Assembly: GCA_963727095.1 (NCBI GenBank)
Contig: CAVSEQ010000005.1
Span: 1,428,280 to 1,492,279 of the forward strand
Direction: 5' to 3'
Origin: Candidatus Aminicenantes bacterium
Lineage (GTDB): Bacteria > Acidobacteriota > Aminicenantia > Aminicenantales > Saccharicenantaceae
Length of the DNA stretch: 64,000 nucleotides
Shown: positions 18,398 to 28,996 of the stretch, piece by piece
How the letters are laid out: every line of letters begins with the position of its first letter
How positions within the stretch are numbered: position 1 is the stretch's first letter
Translations under genes and position numbers: made by a program
Notes under the pieces: generated by a model
Told to the model about the DNA's origin: nothing
The model's database searches: none
Seen by the model: the letters and a program-made list of their open reading frames with translations, nothing else

Positions 18398-18820
18398 ATG
18401 GAACTCAAGGTCAAACGGGTCCACCCCGAAGCCAGGATTCCCGTTTACGGCCATCCCGGGGATGCGGGCATGGACCTTTTTTCGGTCGTCGATCATGAGC
18501 TCGCGCCCGGCGTGGTCTTCGCCGTCCCGACGGGTATCCAGGTGGCGATTCGAGCCGGATTTGTCGGTCTCATCTGGGACAAGAGCGGGATCTCACTCAA
18601 GGGTGTCCACCGCCTGGCCGGGGTGGTGGACGCGGGTTACCGCGGTGAAGTCCAAGTCGTCATGATCAACCTGGGAAAAGAACCGTTCGCCATCAAGAAG
18701 GGTATGAAGATCGCCCAAATGCTCATCCAGCCGGTCGTCCCCGTCGAAATCATCGAGTCGGATAGCCTCGACGATACCTCACGCGGCGAAGGCGGTTTCG
18801 GCTCGACCGGGCTTTATTGA
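18398..18820 (+). CDS. dut: dUTP diphosphatase (trimeric dUTPase)
   Basis: dUTPase motifs (GDAGMDL, GLIWDKSG, VVDAGYRGEV, SDSLDDTSRGEGGFGSTG). Confidence 0.9.
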   Translation: MELKVKRVHPEARIPVYGHPGDAGMDLFSVVDHELAPGVVFAVPTGIQVAIRAGFVGLIWDKSGISLKGVHRLAGVVDAGYRGEVQVVMINLGKEPFAIKKGMKIAQMLIQPVVPVEIIESDSLDDTSRGEGGFGSTGLY

Positions 18821-18880
18821 GGCCGCGCCCCCCGGGCCTCACGAATCACACGTCGGAACTGCCGCTGTCGGTCGTCGCCT

Positions 18881-19822
18881 TCATGCAGGCTTCCGCGCTT
18901 TGTAATATTCGACGGTTTTCAGGATTCCATCGTCGGACGGTGTCGCGCTCATGCCGAATGCCTTTTCGAACTTCGACGAATCGAAGACATATTCGAACTC
19001 GCTTTGGTAGAGCATCTCATACGATTCGCCAATATCCTTGTTGAAAAGCCCGGCCAGCCTGAGCAGTCCTTTGGACAAAACCCGGTACTGCGCCTGCACG
19101 CCGAAGCCCCCGGCAGCCATCTCGACGAACTCTTTCCCTGTCGGCGGATCGGGCGCCGTCGGCAGGTGCCAGACTTGGTTATAAGCGCCGTCTGATTTCG
19201 AAAGTGTGGCCAGCGCCCCGGCGATGTCCGGGGTGAACGTAAAGGAATGCCGCACGCGGTCATTGACGAGCCAACTGGCCTTCTTCCCTGCCGAGAGCGG
19301 CGCAAAGACGAGCTTGCCCGGAACGCTGGTCGCGTCGGCGCCGGGCCCATAGAAATCCGCTGACCTCGCGATGATCGCCGAAAGGCCGCCGCGCTTTGTT
19401 TCATCCATCAGCCGGGTCGCGATCCCGGCCCGTATCTCTCCCTTCCGGCTGCAGGGATTATAGGGAGTTGATTCCGTCATGGCTCCGGCGACCTTGCCGT
19501 AGGCATAGACATTGTCAAAGAAAACGAGCTTGGCGCCGGCCTGCTTGCAGGCCTCGATGACGTTCGACATGATCCGCGGCCAGAACTCAGCCCAAACCTT
19601 GTGGTCATATTTCAATCCGACGCAAAGAAAAACTACGGATGAGCCCTTGACGGCTTCGACGGTCTGGCCCAAAGTCGCGACATCGGCGCGGAAGCCTTCC
19701 GTCCCCGGCAGGCTGCGGCCGCTCCGCGATACGAGCCTGACGGATGTTTTTTCGCCGATGAAGCATTTCGCCAATCCATCCGCAACGACTCCGCCGGCGC
19801 CGAGAATCGTGTGGTTGCCCAT
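18881..19822 (-). CDS. NAD-dependent epimerase/dehydratase (atypical SDR family)
   Basis: N-terminal GAGGVVADG Rossmann motif; RBS GGGAGGGG. Confidence 0.8.
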   Translation of the reverse strand: MGNHTILGAGGVVADGLAKCFIGEKTSVRLVSRSGRSLPGTEGFRADVATLGQTVEAVKGSSVVFLCVGLKYDHKVWAEFWPRIMSNVIEACKQAGAKLVFFDNVYAYGKVAGAMTESTPYNPCSRKGEIRAGIATRLMDETKRGGLSAIIARSADFYGPGADATSVPGKLVFAPLSAGKKASWLVNDRVRHSFTFTPDIAGALATLSKSDGAYNQVWHLPTAPDPPTGKEFVEMAAGGFGVQAQYRVLSKGLLRLAGLFNKDIGESYEMLYQSEFEYVFDSSKFEKAFGMSATPSDDGILKTVEYYKARKPA

Positions 19823-19924
19823 TGTCCCCTCCCGACGACCGAACTTTAGCACAGGGCTCGGGAGTTTTCAAACACTCGGGGATCGGGCACGCGCTGGTCC
19901 GGATGACGCAAGTTCGGTGAGGCG

Positions 19925-19966
19925 AAACTGTAAAAACGAAACGCAGGCCGGGCGGGTCCGGCCGAT
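19925..19966 (-). terminator. putative Rho-independent terminator (minus strand)
   Basis: Minus-strand hairpin ggccggacccgcccggcc followed by tgcgtttcgttttt. Confidence 0.45.
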
Positions 19967-19987
19967 TGAGGGCCGCTTCAGGGCGCG

Positions 19988-20746
19988 TCAGAGCAAACGG
20001 GCAGGATGAAAGTACAGACAGCCCTCTCCCTTTTCGCCCGTCGCCCGGTCGGTGAGCGTGATCCGGATAGGGAAGTATTCCGACGTCGGCTTCTTTTCGG
20101 GCAGCGGGACCTGGATGAGGTAGCCGAAAAGGTACTGGCTCGGGCTGGACGCTTCCCGGACTTTGTTCACCTGGAGAACCTTGACGGGCTGCCCATCAAT
20201 CGTGACCTGGATGTCATCGGCGGTGAGCTCCGGGGCGATGTCGATCACCGGGAGCTTGCCCAGGTTTTCCATGCCGCCCGCATCCGTCACCGCCTTCACG
20301 GTCCTCGTCAGGCTCATGGGCCGGAAGTAGATCTGGTAGGAGGCGTACCCGCCCTGGGGACGCCAGGCGTTGATCCCGTATACTTCGAGACGGTCGAAGC
20401 GCGGGTTGATTTCGATATCCCGCTCCGCCGGTACGGTCCAGGCCCAGTACTCGAGCGACTTGACCCGGTAATCCTTGACGGCGGCCAGGGCCATGTACGT
20501 GCCTTTCGGCGCGGTGAGGGAATAGCGGCCGTCTTTATCCGAGACGCCTTCAGCGGCGTTCTCGAAGTGGGCGTTCTTGAGCTCGAGCGTGGCCCCTTCG
20601 ATCGGCCGCCCGTCGAAATCGGTCACCCTGCCGAAGATCTTGACCGTTGCCTGGGCTTTCGCCTGTGGGGCCTGGGGCTGACCTTGGATCAGGCCGGCCG
20701 CGAGGAGCATGATCCCTGAAACGATCGCGATGCCGAATTTTTTCAT
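19988..20746 (-). CDS. carboxypeptidase regulatory-like domain protein (secreted)
   Basis: Signal peptide; CarboxypepD_reg-like beta-sandwich signature (KIFGRVTDFDGRPIEGATLEL..DGRYSL). Confidence 0.7.
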   Translation of the reverse strand: MKKFGIAIVSGIMLLAAGLIQGQPQAPQAKAQATVKIFGRVTDFDGRPIEGATLELKNAHFENAAEGVSDKDGRYSLTAPKGTYMALAAVKDYRVKSLEYWAWTVPAERDIEINPRFDRLEVYGINAWRPQGGYASYQIYFRPMSLTRTVKAVTDAGGMENLGKLPVIDIAPELTADDIQVTIDGQPVKVLQVNKVREASSPSQYLFGYLIQVPLPEKKPTSEYFPIRITLTDRATGEKGEGCLYFHPARLL

Positions 20747-20872
20747 ATTTGCACTCCTGGGAATGACTCCGAACCCCATGTTAGAGGATCGGTCGTTGAA
20801 TGACAAATCCGCGAAGAACGGATCGCCGCGGACGCATGTATGGCTTTCCAGACTTCGAACCCGCACGGGGCG

Positions 20873-22828
20873 TCAGCCCCTCCGCCTTTCTAAGCTTGGC
20901 TTTTCGGTCTGCCAATAGATCGCGTAGCGCTCGCCAAAGAGCCTATAAAAGGGAATGAGCGTGACATCGTTCGGCTTCCCGACACCCTCCGTCATGAAGG
21001 TGAGGGGCTTGCCGGCCACGGGTTTGAGCCAGGACGCCGGGTCCTGGTCCTTCACGGCGAGCTTCGGGACGGCCGCCGGCTCTCCCTCAGGTCCGTACTT
21101 GCCGAATACCTTGTCCTTGGTCAGCGTGTCGGCGCCGCCGAGCTTCCCGGCGAGGACGATCGGACCGTAAAGCACGGCGACGATCGACGGATCGTCTGGG
21201 ACGCGCTCCAGCCGGAGCTTCATCGGCAGGGCAACGTCGACCTTGTCACCGCTCCTCCACGTGCGTCTGACAGTGAGATAGCTCGAAGGGCTCGCGAAAG
21301 CCTCGAGCCTGCGGCCGTTGATGCTGACTCCGCCTCCGTCGGCGATCCAGGCCGGGATGCGGATGTGGAGGGCGAGCTCGACCGGTTGTGCCGCGGTGAT
21401 GACCAGCGTCGTTTTTGACTCCTCGGGGAAACGCGTCTCCTGGCGGACTCTGACGCCCTTTTCCGCCCAATCGAGCTCGGAGGCGATGAAAAGGTTGACG
21501 AAAAGGCCGTCGCCGTCGTGGAAGTAGATGCTGTCGCCGTACTTGGCGTGGTTTTCCATCCCCGTGCCGGTGCAGCACCAGAAGGAATCGTCGGGCGACA
21601 TGAATGTCTTGAACATCCCGGACTTCATGGGGACGTAATACATCATCATTCCGTCGTCCGGGTTTTGCGTCGGGAGGATGCCGTTCCAGAGGGCGCGTTC
21701 ATAGAAGTCGGCGTACTTCGCGGCGCCCTCCCAGCTGAATAAATGCCGCGTGAGTTTAAGCATATTATAGGTGCAGCAGGATTCATGGGCGTTCGCGCCA
21801 AGCTCCTCGCTGATCTTGTACGGGTCCGATTCCCAGGCTTCGTTATCGCTCGTGCCGCCGGTGACGAAGCTCCGGGCTCCGGTCACCTCGTTCCAGAAAA
21901 ACGAGGCGATGCCGCGCTGGGTGGAATCGCCCGTCATTTCGTATTCGCGGGCGGCGCCGATCACGTTGGGGATGAAGGAGTTGACGTGTTCACCCTTGAG
22001 CTTATCCTCGGCCTTGGCGAGCGGGACCGTGTAATGCCTTTCGTCGAAGCGGCGCGCGGTCTGCAGGTATTCCGGCTTTCCGGTGATTGCGTAGAGGTTC
22101 GAGAGCACCTCGTTCATGCCGCCCTGCTCCGTGAAATTGAGGACACGCTCCATATGGATCGGATCCGACTTGTCGGTGCGCGACTTGACCCAGCGCGCCA
22201 TCCCTTCGACGACCTCGAGTGCCTGCGTGTTGCCGCAGTATTCGGACGCATCGACCAGGCCGGCCATGATCTTGTGGATCGTGTAATACGGCGCCCAAAC
22301 GGGGCGGGTGGACTCGACCCGGTCGAAAAAGGTTTCCGGAAACGCGCTCAAATACCCTGAGGCGCCGAGGGCTTTTTGACACTTGGCGAGTTCGCCGACA
22401 ATGGCATCGGCCCTGGACTTCAGCCGGGCGTCTCCGGTCGACGCGTACATCAGGGCGCAGGCGGAAAGATAATGGCCGATCGTATGGCCCCGGAGCTCCA
22501 CATCAGGTTTCTCCCAGCCGCCGTACGGCTGTGCCGAGGACGGCAGGCCGGCCGTTACGCGGAACATGTGAAGAAGCCGGTCGGGCTCGAGGCTCAGCAT
22601 ATACTTGAGGTCGCGTTCCATAGCCTGCTTGAACGGTCCGTCAAGAAGCCGGACGTTCCTCAGGTTGAACGGGTAGGCGCGAATCGCGACGGCCGGTTTG
22701 ATGGCAGTGGTAGGAAACATCGTGTCGGCCAAGGCGGCTTTCTGGGGAGCGGAGGTCTGGGATCCTGCGCCGAACATCGCGATCGTCAAAACCGCGGCGC
22801 ACAGACACATCGAAGTTCTCGGTTTCAT
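20873..22828 (-). CDS. glycoside hydrolase family 127 (beta-L-arabinofuranosidase, DUF1680 family)
   Basis: Signal peptide, AAGGAGG RBS, and conserved GH127 blocks (HTIGHYLSACALMY, FFWNEVTGARSFVTGGTS, SCCTYNMLKL). Confidence 0.85.
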   Translation of the reverse strand: MKPRTSMCLCAAVLTIAMFGAGSQTSAPQKAALADTMFPTTAIKPAVAIRAYPFNLRNVRLLDGPFKQAMERDLKYMLSLEPDRLLHMFRVTAGLPSSAQPYGGWEKPDVELRGHTIGHYLSACALMYASTGDARLKSRADAIVGELAKCQKALGASGYLSAFPETFFDRVESTRPVWAPYYTIHKIMAGLVDASEYCGNTQALEVVEGMARWVKSRTDKSDPIHMERVLNFTEQGGMNEVLSNLYAITGKPEYLQTARRFDERHYTVPLAKAEDKLKGEHVNSFIPNVIGAAREYEMTGDSTQRGIASFFWNEVTGARSFVTGGTSDNEAWESDPYKISEELGANAHESCCTYNMLKLTRHLFSWEGAAKYADFYERALWNGILPTQNPDDGMMMYYVPMKSGMFKTFMSPDDSFWCCTGTGMENHAKYGDSIYFHDGDGLFVNLFIASELDWAEKGVRVRQETRFPEESKTTLVITAAQPVELALHIRIPAWIADGGGVSINGRRLEAFASPSSYLTVRRTWRSGDKVDVALPMKLRLERVPDDPSIVAVLYGPIVLAGKLGGADTLTKDKVFGKYGPEGEPAAVPKLAVKDQDPASWLKPVAGKPLTFMTEGVGKPNDVTLIPFYRLFGERYAIYWQTEKPSLERRRG

Positions 22829-23237
22829 GGGACCTCCTTGCCGGGCCCGGAATAAAAGGTTAAGACCAACCGGTTTAGTAGCGGTCAGACACGCCAAATT
22901 AGCACCCGTAGGCCGCGATGTCAACTATTGCAGAAGCCTGTTGTCATCCCCATTTGTTCACCGAGGCGGCCGCTCCGGCAACCCTTTGCTTATGTGTTGC
23001 GGATCGTTCGCTCCCAGAGCTCACGGCTGTCGACCGGCGTCATCGCCTCGTTGTATTGCGGATTTTGGCGTTGAAAATGGACATCATCACCACGCTCGGT
23101 TATCTATTTGATATCAACATATTAGGACGAGGCAAAACCATCTCGGGGGCCATGGGCGGAAAAACTTGACCGCCGCAGGAACCTTTGGCCTGAATAATAC
23201 GTCTTAATACTCTTAAGAAAGAGAATAGAGGTGTGCC

Positions 23238-24317
23238 ATGAAGAAGTGGATATTCCGAGCGCTGGGCAGCGTATTCATTCTGGTTTTTATCTATTTCCTG
23301 TTCGCCTGCGGTAAGAAAAAGGAAGAGACGAAGCTCGTTTCGGTCGTTCGGGGCGACATCCAGGAGAAAGCCCTGGCCGTCGGCACCATCGAGCCGGAAA
23401 AGGAAATCAAGGTCAAGTCGACCATTCCCGGCATCGTTGCCGAGGTGTTGTTCAAGGTGGGGGACAAGGTTACGATCGGGTCGCCTCTCTTCAAAGTCTC
23501 CCCGAACCCGACGCCGCTCGAGTATGTGGAAAGCCGCCGCGCCATGGAACTTGCCGAAGTGACCATGACCAAATTGAAGAACGACTGGGAGCGCCAACTT
23601 CAGCTCTTCAAGGGGAACCTGATCTCCAAGTCCGAGATGGACGCTACCGAATCAACCTACCAGGAGGCCAACCTCAGGTACAAGACCGCTGTCGAACGGC
23701 TCGAACTCCTCGAGAAGGGCCGCATTCACATGTCCAACCGCGACATCGATTCCATCATCAAGGCGCCGACCACCGGCGTCGTGCTGACGCAGAGTGTGTA
23801 CCAGGGCGATCCCGTCGTGCCCCTGACCCAGTATCAGCCCGGCACCGAGCTTTGCTCCATGGCCGACATGGCCGGCCTTCTCTTCAAGGGCACCGTGGAC
23901 GAGATCGATGTGGGCAAGATCGTCACCGGGATGGACGCCGAAATCCAGATCGGCGCGCTGCCCGATGCCAAGCTTCCCGCGCGGGTCGACCGGATTTTCC
24001 CGAAGGCGAAAAAGGAAGGCAACGCCACCCTCTTCGACATTGAGATCAGGCTGAAGGAAGCACCTCGTGTGCTCCTGCGGGCGGGTTTTTCGGCCACGGC
24101 CGACATCCGAATCCGCGACCGCAAACAGGTCCTGCTTCTCCCCGAGCGTCTGGTTCTGTTCGAGAACGGGAAGAGGTTAGTCGAGGTCCCCGAGGCGGAA
24201 AAGTCCAAGAAGATCGAGATCCAGACGGGCCTGTCCGACGGGTTGAACATCGAGATTTTATCCGGCCTCAAGGAAGGCGATAAAGTCATCGAGCGTCCGC
24301 CACGCGAGATCAAATGA
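23238..24317 (+). CDS. efflux transporter periplasmic adaptor subunit (HlyD/MacA family)
   Basis: N-terminal membrane anchor with Cys; coiled-coil region; beta-barrel region typical of membrane-fusion proteins. Confidence 0.85.
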   Translation: MKKWIFRALGSVFILVFIYFLFACGKKKEETKLVSVVRGDIQEKALAVGTIEPEKEIKVKSTIPGIVAEVLFKVGDKVTIGSPLFKVSPNPTPLEYVESRRAMELAEVTMTKLKNDWERQLQLFKGNLISKSEMDATESTYQEANLRYKTAVERLELLEKGRIHMSNRDIDSIIKAPTTGVVLTQSVYQGDPVVPLTQYQPGTELCSMADMAGLLFKGTVDEIDVGKIVTGMDAEIQIGALPDAKLPARVDRIFPKAKKEGNATLFDIEIRLKEAPRVLLRAGFSATADIRIRDRKQVLLLPERLVLFENGKRLVEVPEAEKSKKIEIQTGLSDGLNIEILSGLKEGDKVIERPPREIK

Positions 24318-25549
24318 CGGCCATCTTTTTTCGCAACCTGCTCCGCGACCTCATCCGCCAGCCGTTGCGGACGATTCTGACCCTTTCCGGAGTCGTCTGG
24401 GGCACATTCTCCGTTGTGCTGCTTATCGCCTTCGGAGACTCCGTGTCCAAGGCTCAGATCAAGCGGTTCCACGGCATGGGGACGGGAATCGTCCTCGCCT
24501 TTCCGGCCCGGACGACACTTCCCTGGCAGGGATTCTTAAAAGGCAAAGCGGTGCGCCTCACCCCGGAAATGGTGGAGGCGATTCCCGGGAAGGTGCCGGG
24601 CATCGACGTCATCAGTCCCGAATTCGTCAGCAGCCGGCTCATCAGCTACGGCCGGAAGGAGTATCGGAACACGGTGCGGGGCGTTAATGCCGGATTCGAG
24701 AAGTTGCGCAACACGATCGCGGAGAAAGGGCGGTTTATCGATCCGGAGGACATGGTCAATCGCAAGCGGGTCTGTTTCATCGGCGACGTTTTGGCCACAG
24801 ACCTTTTCGGCCAGGACGAGGTCGTCGGCAAAACGATTCTCATCGACGGCGTGCCCTTCCAGGTCGTCGGAGTGATGAGGAAGAAACTTCAGTCCTCGAA
24901 CTACAACGGCCAGCGCGACGAGCGCTGCGCCTTCATCCCCTGGACGACGTTCTCGGCCCTTTACGGCACCAAGTACATTTCCAATTTCATCTTCCGGCCG
25001 CTCGACCTGGCCCGGAGCAAGGCGACCATGAAGGACGTCAAAACGCACCTCGCCAAACTGATCGGGTTTTCGCCGGACGACCCCGACGCCCTCTTTACCT
25101 GGGATACCATGGACTTCGAGAGATCGTTCACCACGTTCTTCCTGGCGTTCACCGCCTTCTTAGGGATCATCGGCTCCTTCACTCTCCTCGTCGGAGGCGT
25201 CGGCGTCGCCTCGATTATGAGGGTCGTCGTGGACGAGCGGACGCGCGAGATCGGGGTCAAGCTGGCCGTAGGCGCGCGCCGGCGGACGATCCTCTGGCAG
25301 TTCTTCAGCGAATCGCTGATGATCATGCTCATCGGCGGGCTCGTCGGATTCGGCCTTTCGGCCGCAGCGCTCCAAGCGGTCAAGGTCATCCCGTCGAGCG
25401 GCTTCTCGGATTTTGTCGGCGTTCCTGTGCTCAACCCGCTCGTTGTCGTTTCGACGATCCTTATTCTGCTGGTCATCGGTGTCATCGCGGGTATGATCCC
25501 CGCACGCACGGCCGCCTCGACCGACCCCATCGCCGCGCTGAGGAAATAG
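24314..25549 (+). CDS. ABC transporter permease, FtsX/MacB family
   Basis: N-terminal TM helix, large periplasmic domain, then C-terminal FtsX four-helix bundle. Confidence 0.85.
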   Translation: MTAIFFRNLLRDLIRQPLRTILTLSGVVWGTFSVVLLIAFGDSVSKAQIKRFHGMGTGIVLAFPARTTLPWQGFLKGKAVRLTPEMVEAIPGKVPGIDVISPEFVSSRLISYGRKEYRNTVRGVNAGFEKLRNTIAEKGRFIDPEDMVNRKRVCFIGDVLATDLFGQDEVVGKTILIDGVPFQVVGVMRKKLQSSNYNGQRDERCAFIPWTTFSALYGTKYISNFIFRPLDLARSKATMKDVKTHLAKLIGFSPDDPDALFTWDTMDFERSFTTFFLAFTAFLGIIGSFTLLVGGVGVASIMRVVVDERTREIGVKLAVGARRRTILWQFFSESLMIMLIGGLVGFGLSAAALQAVKVIPSSGFSDFVGVPVLNPLVVVSTILILLVIGVIAGMIPARTAASTDPIAALRK

Positions 25550-25550
25550 C

Positions 25551-26801
25551 ATGAATCTGACATTGCCGCGGTTTTTCTGGAGCGAATACAGGAAGAGGCA
25601 GAAGAAGTCCGCCCTGATCACCTTCGCCCTTTTCTGGGGGACGCTGTCGATTCTGTTGCTGATGGCGTTCGGCCGGGGCATGTCCACGCAGTTCCGCATC
25701 AGCTTCAGCGGGCTCGGCGAGACTCTCGTTATGGTCTACGGCGGCCAGACCTCCGTCGAATTCCAAGGGCTGCTCAAAGGGCGGCCGATCCGGCTCTATC
25801 CGGGAGACGTGGAATACCTCAAGGAGCGCATTCCCGAGATTCTGCGCATCGCTCCCGAATCGTATACGTACTTCCAGGTCTCGGCCAACGGGAAAGAGGT
25901 CAACCGCAACGTCCACGGCACCACGGACGAATTCGCGCTCATGCGGACCCAAATCCCCCAGGCGGGCGGCCGTTTCCTCAACGCCGACGATGTTGCCAAG
26001 GGCCGCAAAGTCGCTTTCATCGGTTGGAGCATCGCCAAGGATCTCTTCGGCACGGACGATCCCGTCGGCAAATTGATCGTCATCAACCGCACGCCCTACA
26101 CGGTCATCGGGGTCCTGAAGAAAAAGGCCCAGGATTCCATGTACAACGGGCCGGACGCCGATCAGATCTACCTGCCCTTCCATGCGTATCGGCAGCTCGA
26201 CAACCGCGAGCGCATCGACCAGATCCACATCCAGCCGCGGGACGCTGGTCAATCGAAGCTCATTGAAGACAGGGTCCGCGTGCTGCTCGGCCGGAAGGAT
26301 CGGTTCGACCCCAACGACCGTTACGCCCTCAGCTTCTGGAACACGATCGAAGATTCCCAGCAAACCGAGGCCATCTTCAAGGGCATCGAAATGTTTCTCG
26401 GCATCATCGGCGCCCTGACGCTGCTCATCGGCGCCGTGGGCGTCACGAACCTGATGTACGCCATCGTCAAGGAACGGACCAAAGAGATCGGCATCAAAAT
26501 GGCGATCGGCGCCAAGCGCCGGGTCATCATCCAGCAGTTCTTCCTGGAAACCCTGTTCATCTTTGCCAAAGGGACGTTCTGGGGGCTGATTGCCGCCTTC
26601 AACATCGTCAATCTCGTCCGGCTCATACCGGTCAACCTCGACTCGTTCAGTTTCGCGGGCTACCTGCTTCGCCCGGTCTTCTCCGTGCAGATTTTCATCG
26701 TCTACATGGCCATTCTGGGAACGCTCGTGTTCCTGTCCGGGATCTTCCCGGCCCTGCGCGCGTCCCGCTCGAATCCCATCGAATCACTCCGCTATGAATA
26801 G
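25551..26801 (+). CDS. ABC transporter permease, FtsX/MacB family (second paralog)
   Basis: Same architecture as the preceding gene. Confidence 0.85.
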   Translation: MNLTLPRFFWSEYRKRQKKSALITFALFWGTLSILLLMAFGRGMSTQFRISFSGLGETLVMVYGGQTSVEFQGLLKGRPIRLYPGDVEYLKERIPEILRIAPESYTYFQVSANGKEVNRNVHGTTDEFALMRTQIPQAGGRFLNADDVAKGRKVAFIGWSIAKDLFGTDDPVGKLIVINRTPYTVIGVLKKKAQDSMYNGPDADQIYLPFHAYRQLDNRERIDQIHIQPRDAGQSKLIEDRVRVLLGRKDRFDPNDRYALSFWNTIEDSQQTEAIFKGIEMFLGIIGALTLLIGAVGVTNLMYAIVKERTKEIGIKMAIGAKRRVIIQQFFLETLFIFAKGTFWGLIAAFNIVNLVRLIPVNLDSFSFAGYLLRPVFSVQIFIVYMAILGTLVFLSGIFPALRASRSNPIESLRYE

Positions 26802-26810
26802 AGGGTCATC

Positions 26811-27473
26811 ATGATCGAACTTCGCGATATCCGAAAAATCTACCGGATGGGAAGTCAAGTGCTGGAGGCCCTGCGCGGGATTACCCTCCTCGTTCCCAAG
26901 GGCGAATTCATCTCCATCATGGGTCCTTCTGGTTCGGGGAAATCGACCCTCATGAACATCATCGGCTGCCTGGATACGCCGAGCGAGGGGGAATACGTTC
27001 TCGACGGCGACCACGTGGCCGGGTTGTCCTTCGATCAGCTTGCGGCCGTGCGCAACCGCAAGATCGGCTTTGTCTTCCAGAATTTCAATCTGCTCCCCTA
27101 CGCCACGGCCTGGGAAAATATCGAGCTGCCCATGCTCTTCGATGGGAAAAGCGCCAAGAAGAGAAAGCTGCGGGTCACCGAGCTCCTGAACGCGGTCGGC
27201 CTCTATGACTGGCGCGATCACCGTCCGTCGGAGCTCTCCGGCGGCCAGCAGCAGCGGATTGCCCTGGCCCGCGCCCTGGCCAACGACCCGCCGATCCTGC
27301 TCGCCGACGAGCCGACGGGCAACCTGGATTCGAGGAGCGGCGAGGAGATCATGGCCGTTCTCATCCAGCTCTGGAAGGAAGGGCGGACGATCGTCATGGT
27401 GACGCACAACGATCATATCGCCGCCCAGTCCCAGCGGATCGTGCGGCTGTTTGACGGAATGGTCGAATCCTGA
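26811..27473 (+). CDS. ABC transporter ATP-binding protein (MacB/LolD-type ATPase)
   Basis: Walker [10 protein letters not shown]; signature [15 protein letters not shown]; Walker [12 protein letters not shown]. Confidence 0.9.
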   Translation: MIELRDIRKIYRMGSQVLEALRGITLLVPKGEFISIMGPSGSGKSTLMNIIGCLDTPSEGEYVLDGDHVAGLSFDQLAAVRNRKIGFVFQNFNLLPYATAWENIELPMLFDGKSAKKRKLRVTELLNAVGLYDWRDHRPSELSGGQQQRIALARALANDPPILLADEPTGNLDSRSGEEIMAVLIQLWKEGRTIVMVTHNDHIAAQSQRIVRLFDGMVES

Positions 27474-27526
27474 AAGACGGGCGAAACGCCCGGTTTGTGG
27501 TATGATGTCGAGTCGAATAGACTCCG

Positions 27527-28993
27527 ATGGAATCCCACGCCACACCCTATGACGTCATCGTTGTCGGCGGCGGTGTCGTCGGCGCCGCCGTTCTCCGCGA
27601 GCTCTCCCGCTACGACCTGAGGCTTCTTCTTCTCGAAAAGGAGGCCGACCTGGCCGAGGGCATCAGCAAGGCCAACAGCGGCGTCATCCACGGCGGCTTC
27701 AACGTCCCGCCGGGCTCCCTCAAGGCCAGGACGAACGTGGCCGGGCTCATGAAGATCTACGGCCTGGCTTCCGAACTCCATGTCCCCCACAAAAAAACAG
27801 GCAAGCTCGTCATCGCCCTGACCGACGAGGAGCGGCCGCGCCTGGAAGAGCTCAAAGCCGCCGGCGACCGGAATGGAACTCCGGAGCTCGATGTCGTCGG
27901 GGCTGATGCCATCCGGCGCATCGAGCCGCTGGCCCGGGGCCGATGGGCCCTCTATTCGCCGCATACGGGCATCATCTCTCCCTACGAATTCACCATCGCT
28001 CTCGCCGAGTGCGCTCACCAGAACGGCGCCCATGTCCTGCTCGAAGCGGCCGTCCTGGGCGTGGAAGTCCGCGACGGGCTATTCTATCTATCGACTCCGA
28101 AGGGCTTATTTGCCGCGCGCCGGGTCGTCAACAGCGCCGGGCTTTTTTCCGACGACGTCGCCCGGATGGCCGGAATAACCGATTACACGATCTATCCGTA
28201 CCGCGGCGAGTATCTCATCACCGACAAGGAGTGGGGAATCCGGCTGGGGCTGCCCATTTATCCGGTGCCGCCGCGGGACGATCCGGGCCTCGGCATTCAT
28301 ATCACGCCGACCACGGAAGGCAACATCGTGCTGGGCCCGAGCGCCGAGCACGTAACCGGAAAGCACGACACGGCCTCCACGCGGTCGATTATGGAGCGGC
28401 TCAAGGACGAGGCCGGCCGCCTTGTGCCGGAGATGCGCCGGGCCCCCTTCATCCATAGTTACGCAGGGATCAGGCCCAAGCTCGTCGACCCCCGCGGCAG
28501 AGAGAAGTTCCAAGACTTCGTGATCGAGGGAAGCGGCGTCAGGCCGGGTTGGATCAATCTTTTCGGAATCGAATCGCCGGGGCTGACCGCTGCGCCCGCC
28601 ATCGCGGACATGGTCGTCGAGATGATCGGGGCGAAGGAGGAGCTCAGGCGCCGGGCGGATTTCAAACCGGAGACGCCGCGCCCGGCTCGTTTTGCCGCGG
28701 CGAGCGACGCCGAAAGGCGCCTCCTCGTAGCCCACAACCCCGATTGCGGTGAGATGGTGTGCCGCTGCGAGCATGTAACGCGGGCCGAAGTGACGGCGGC
28801 GCTGCGCAATCCGCTCGGAGCACGGACCATGGACGCGGTCAAAAGGCGTACCCGCTGCGGCATGGGCCGGTGCCAGGGCGGCTTCTGCACGCCGCGCATC
28901 GTCGAAATCCTCCAGGACGAAGGCGTTCCGCTCGAGAAGATTACAAAAAGGGGAGGAGGCTCCGGGCTTTTTTACGGCCGGATCAAGAACTAA
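27527..28993 (+). CDS. FAD-dependent oxidoreductase, GlpA/LhgO-like, with a C-terminal BFD-like [2Fe-2S]-binding domain
   Basis: DVIVVGGGVVGAAV FAD motif; C-terminal CRCEHV..RCGMGRCQGGFC cysteine cluster. Confidence 0.8.
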   Translation: MESHATPYDVIVVGGGVVGAAVLRELSRYDLRLLLLEKEADLAEGISKANSGVIHGGFNVPPGSLKARTNVAGLMKIYGLASELHVPHKKTGKLVIALTDEERPRLEELKAAGDRNGTPELDVVGADAIRRIEPLARGRWALYSPHTGIISPYEFTIALAECAHQNGAHVLLEAAVLGVEVRDGLFYLSTPKGLFAARRVVNSAGLFSDDVARMAGITDYTIYPYRGEYLITDKEWGIRLGLPIYPVPPRDDPGLGIHITPTTEGNIVLGPSAEHVTGKHDTASTRSIMERLKDEAGRLVPEMRRAPFIHSYAGIRPKLVDPRGREKFQDFVIEGSGVRPGWINLFGIESPGLTAAPAIADMVVEMIGAKEELRRRADFKPETPRPARFAAASDAERRLLVAHNPDCGEMVCRCEHVTRAEVTAALRNPLGARTMDAVKRRTRCGMGRCQGGFCTPRIVEILQDEGVPLEKITKRGGGSGLFYGRIKN

Positions 28994-28996
28994 GCA

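Noticed and set aside
23108-23117. Perfect palindrome TTGATATCAA upstream of the MacA-like efflux operon, as a TetR-type operator
   Set aside because: It is a single 10-bp palindrome in an AT-rich stretch, with no adjacent regulator gene. It could easily be chance, so I kept it only as a note.
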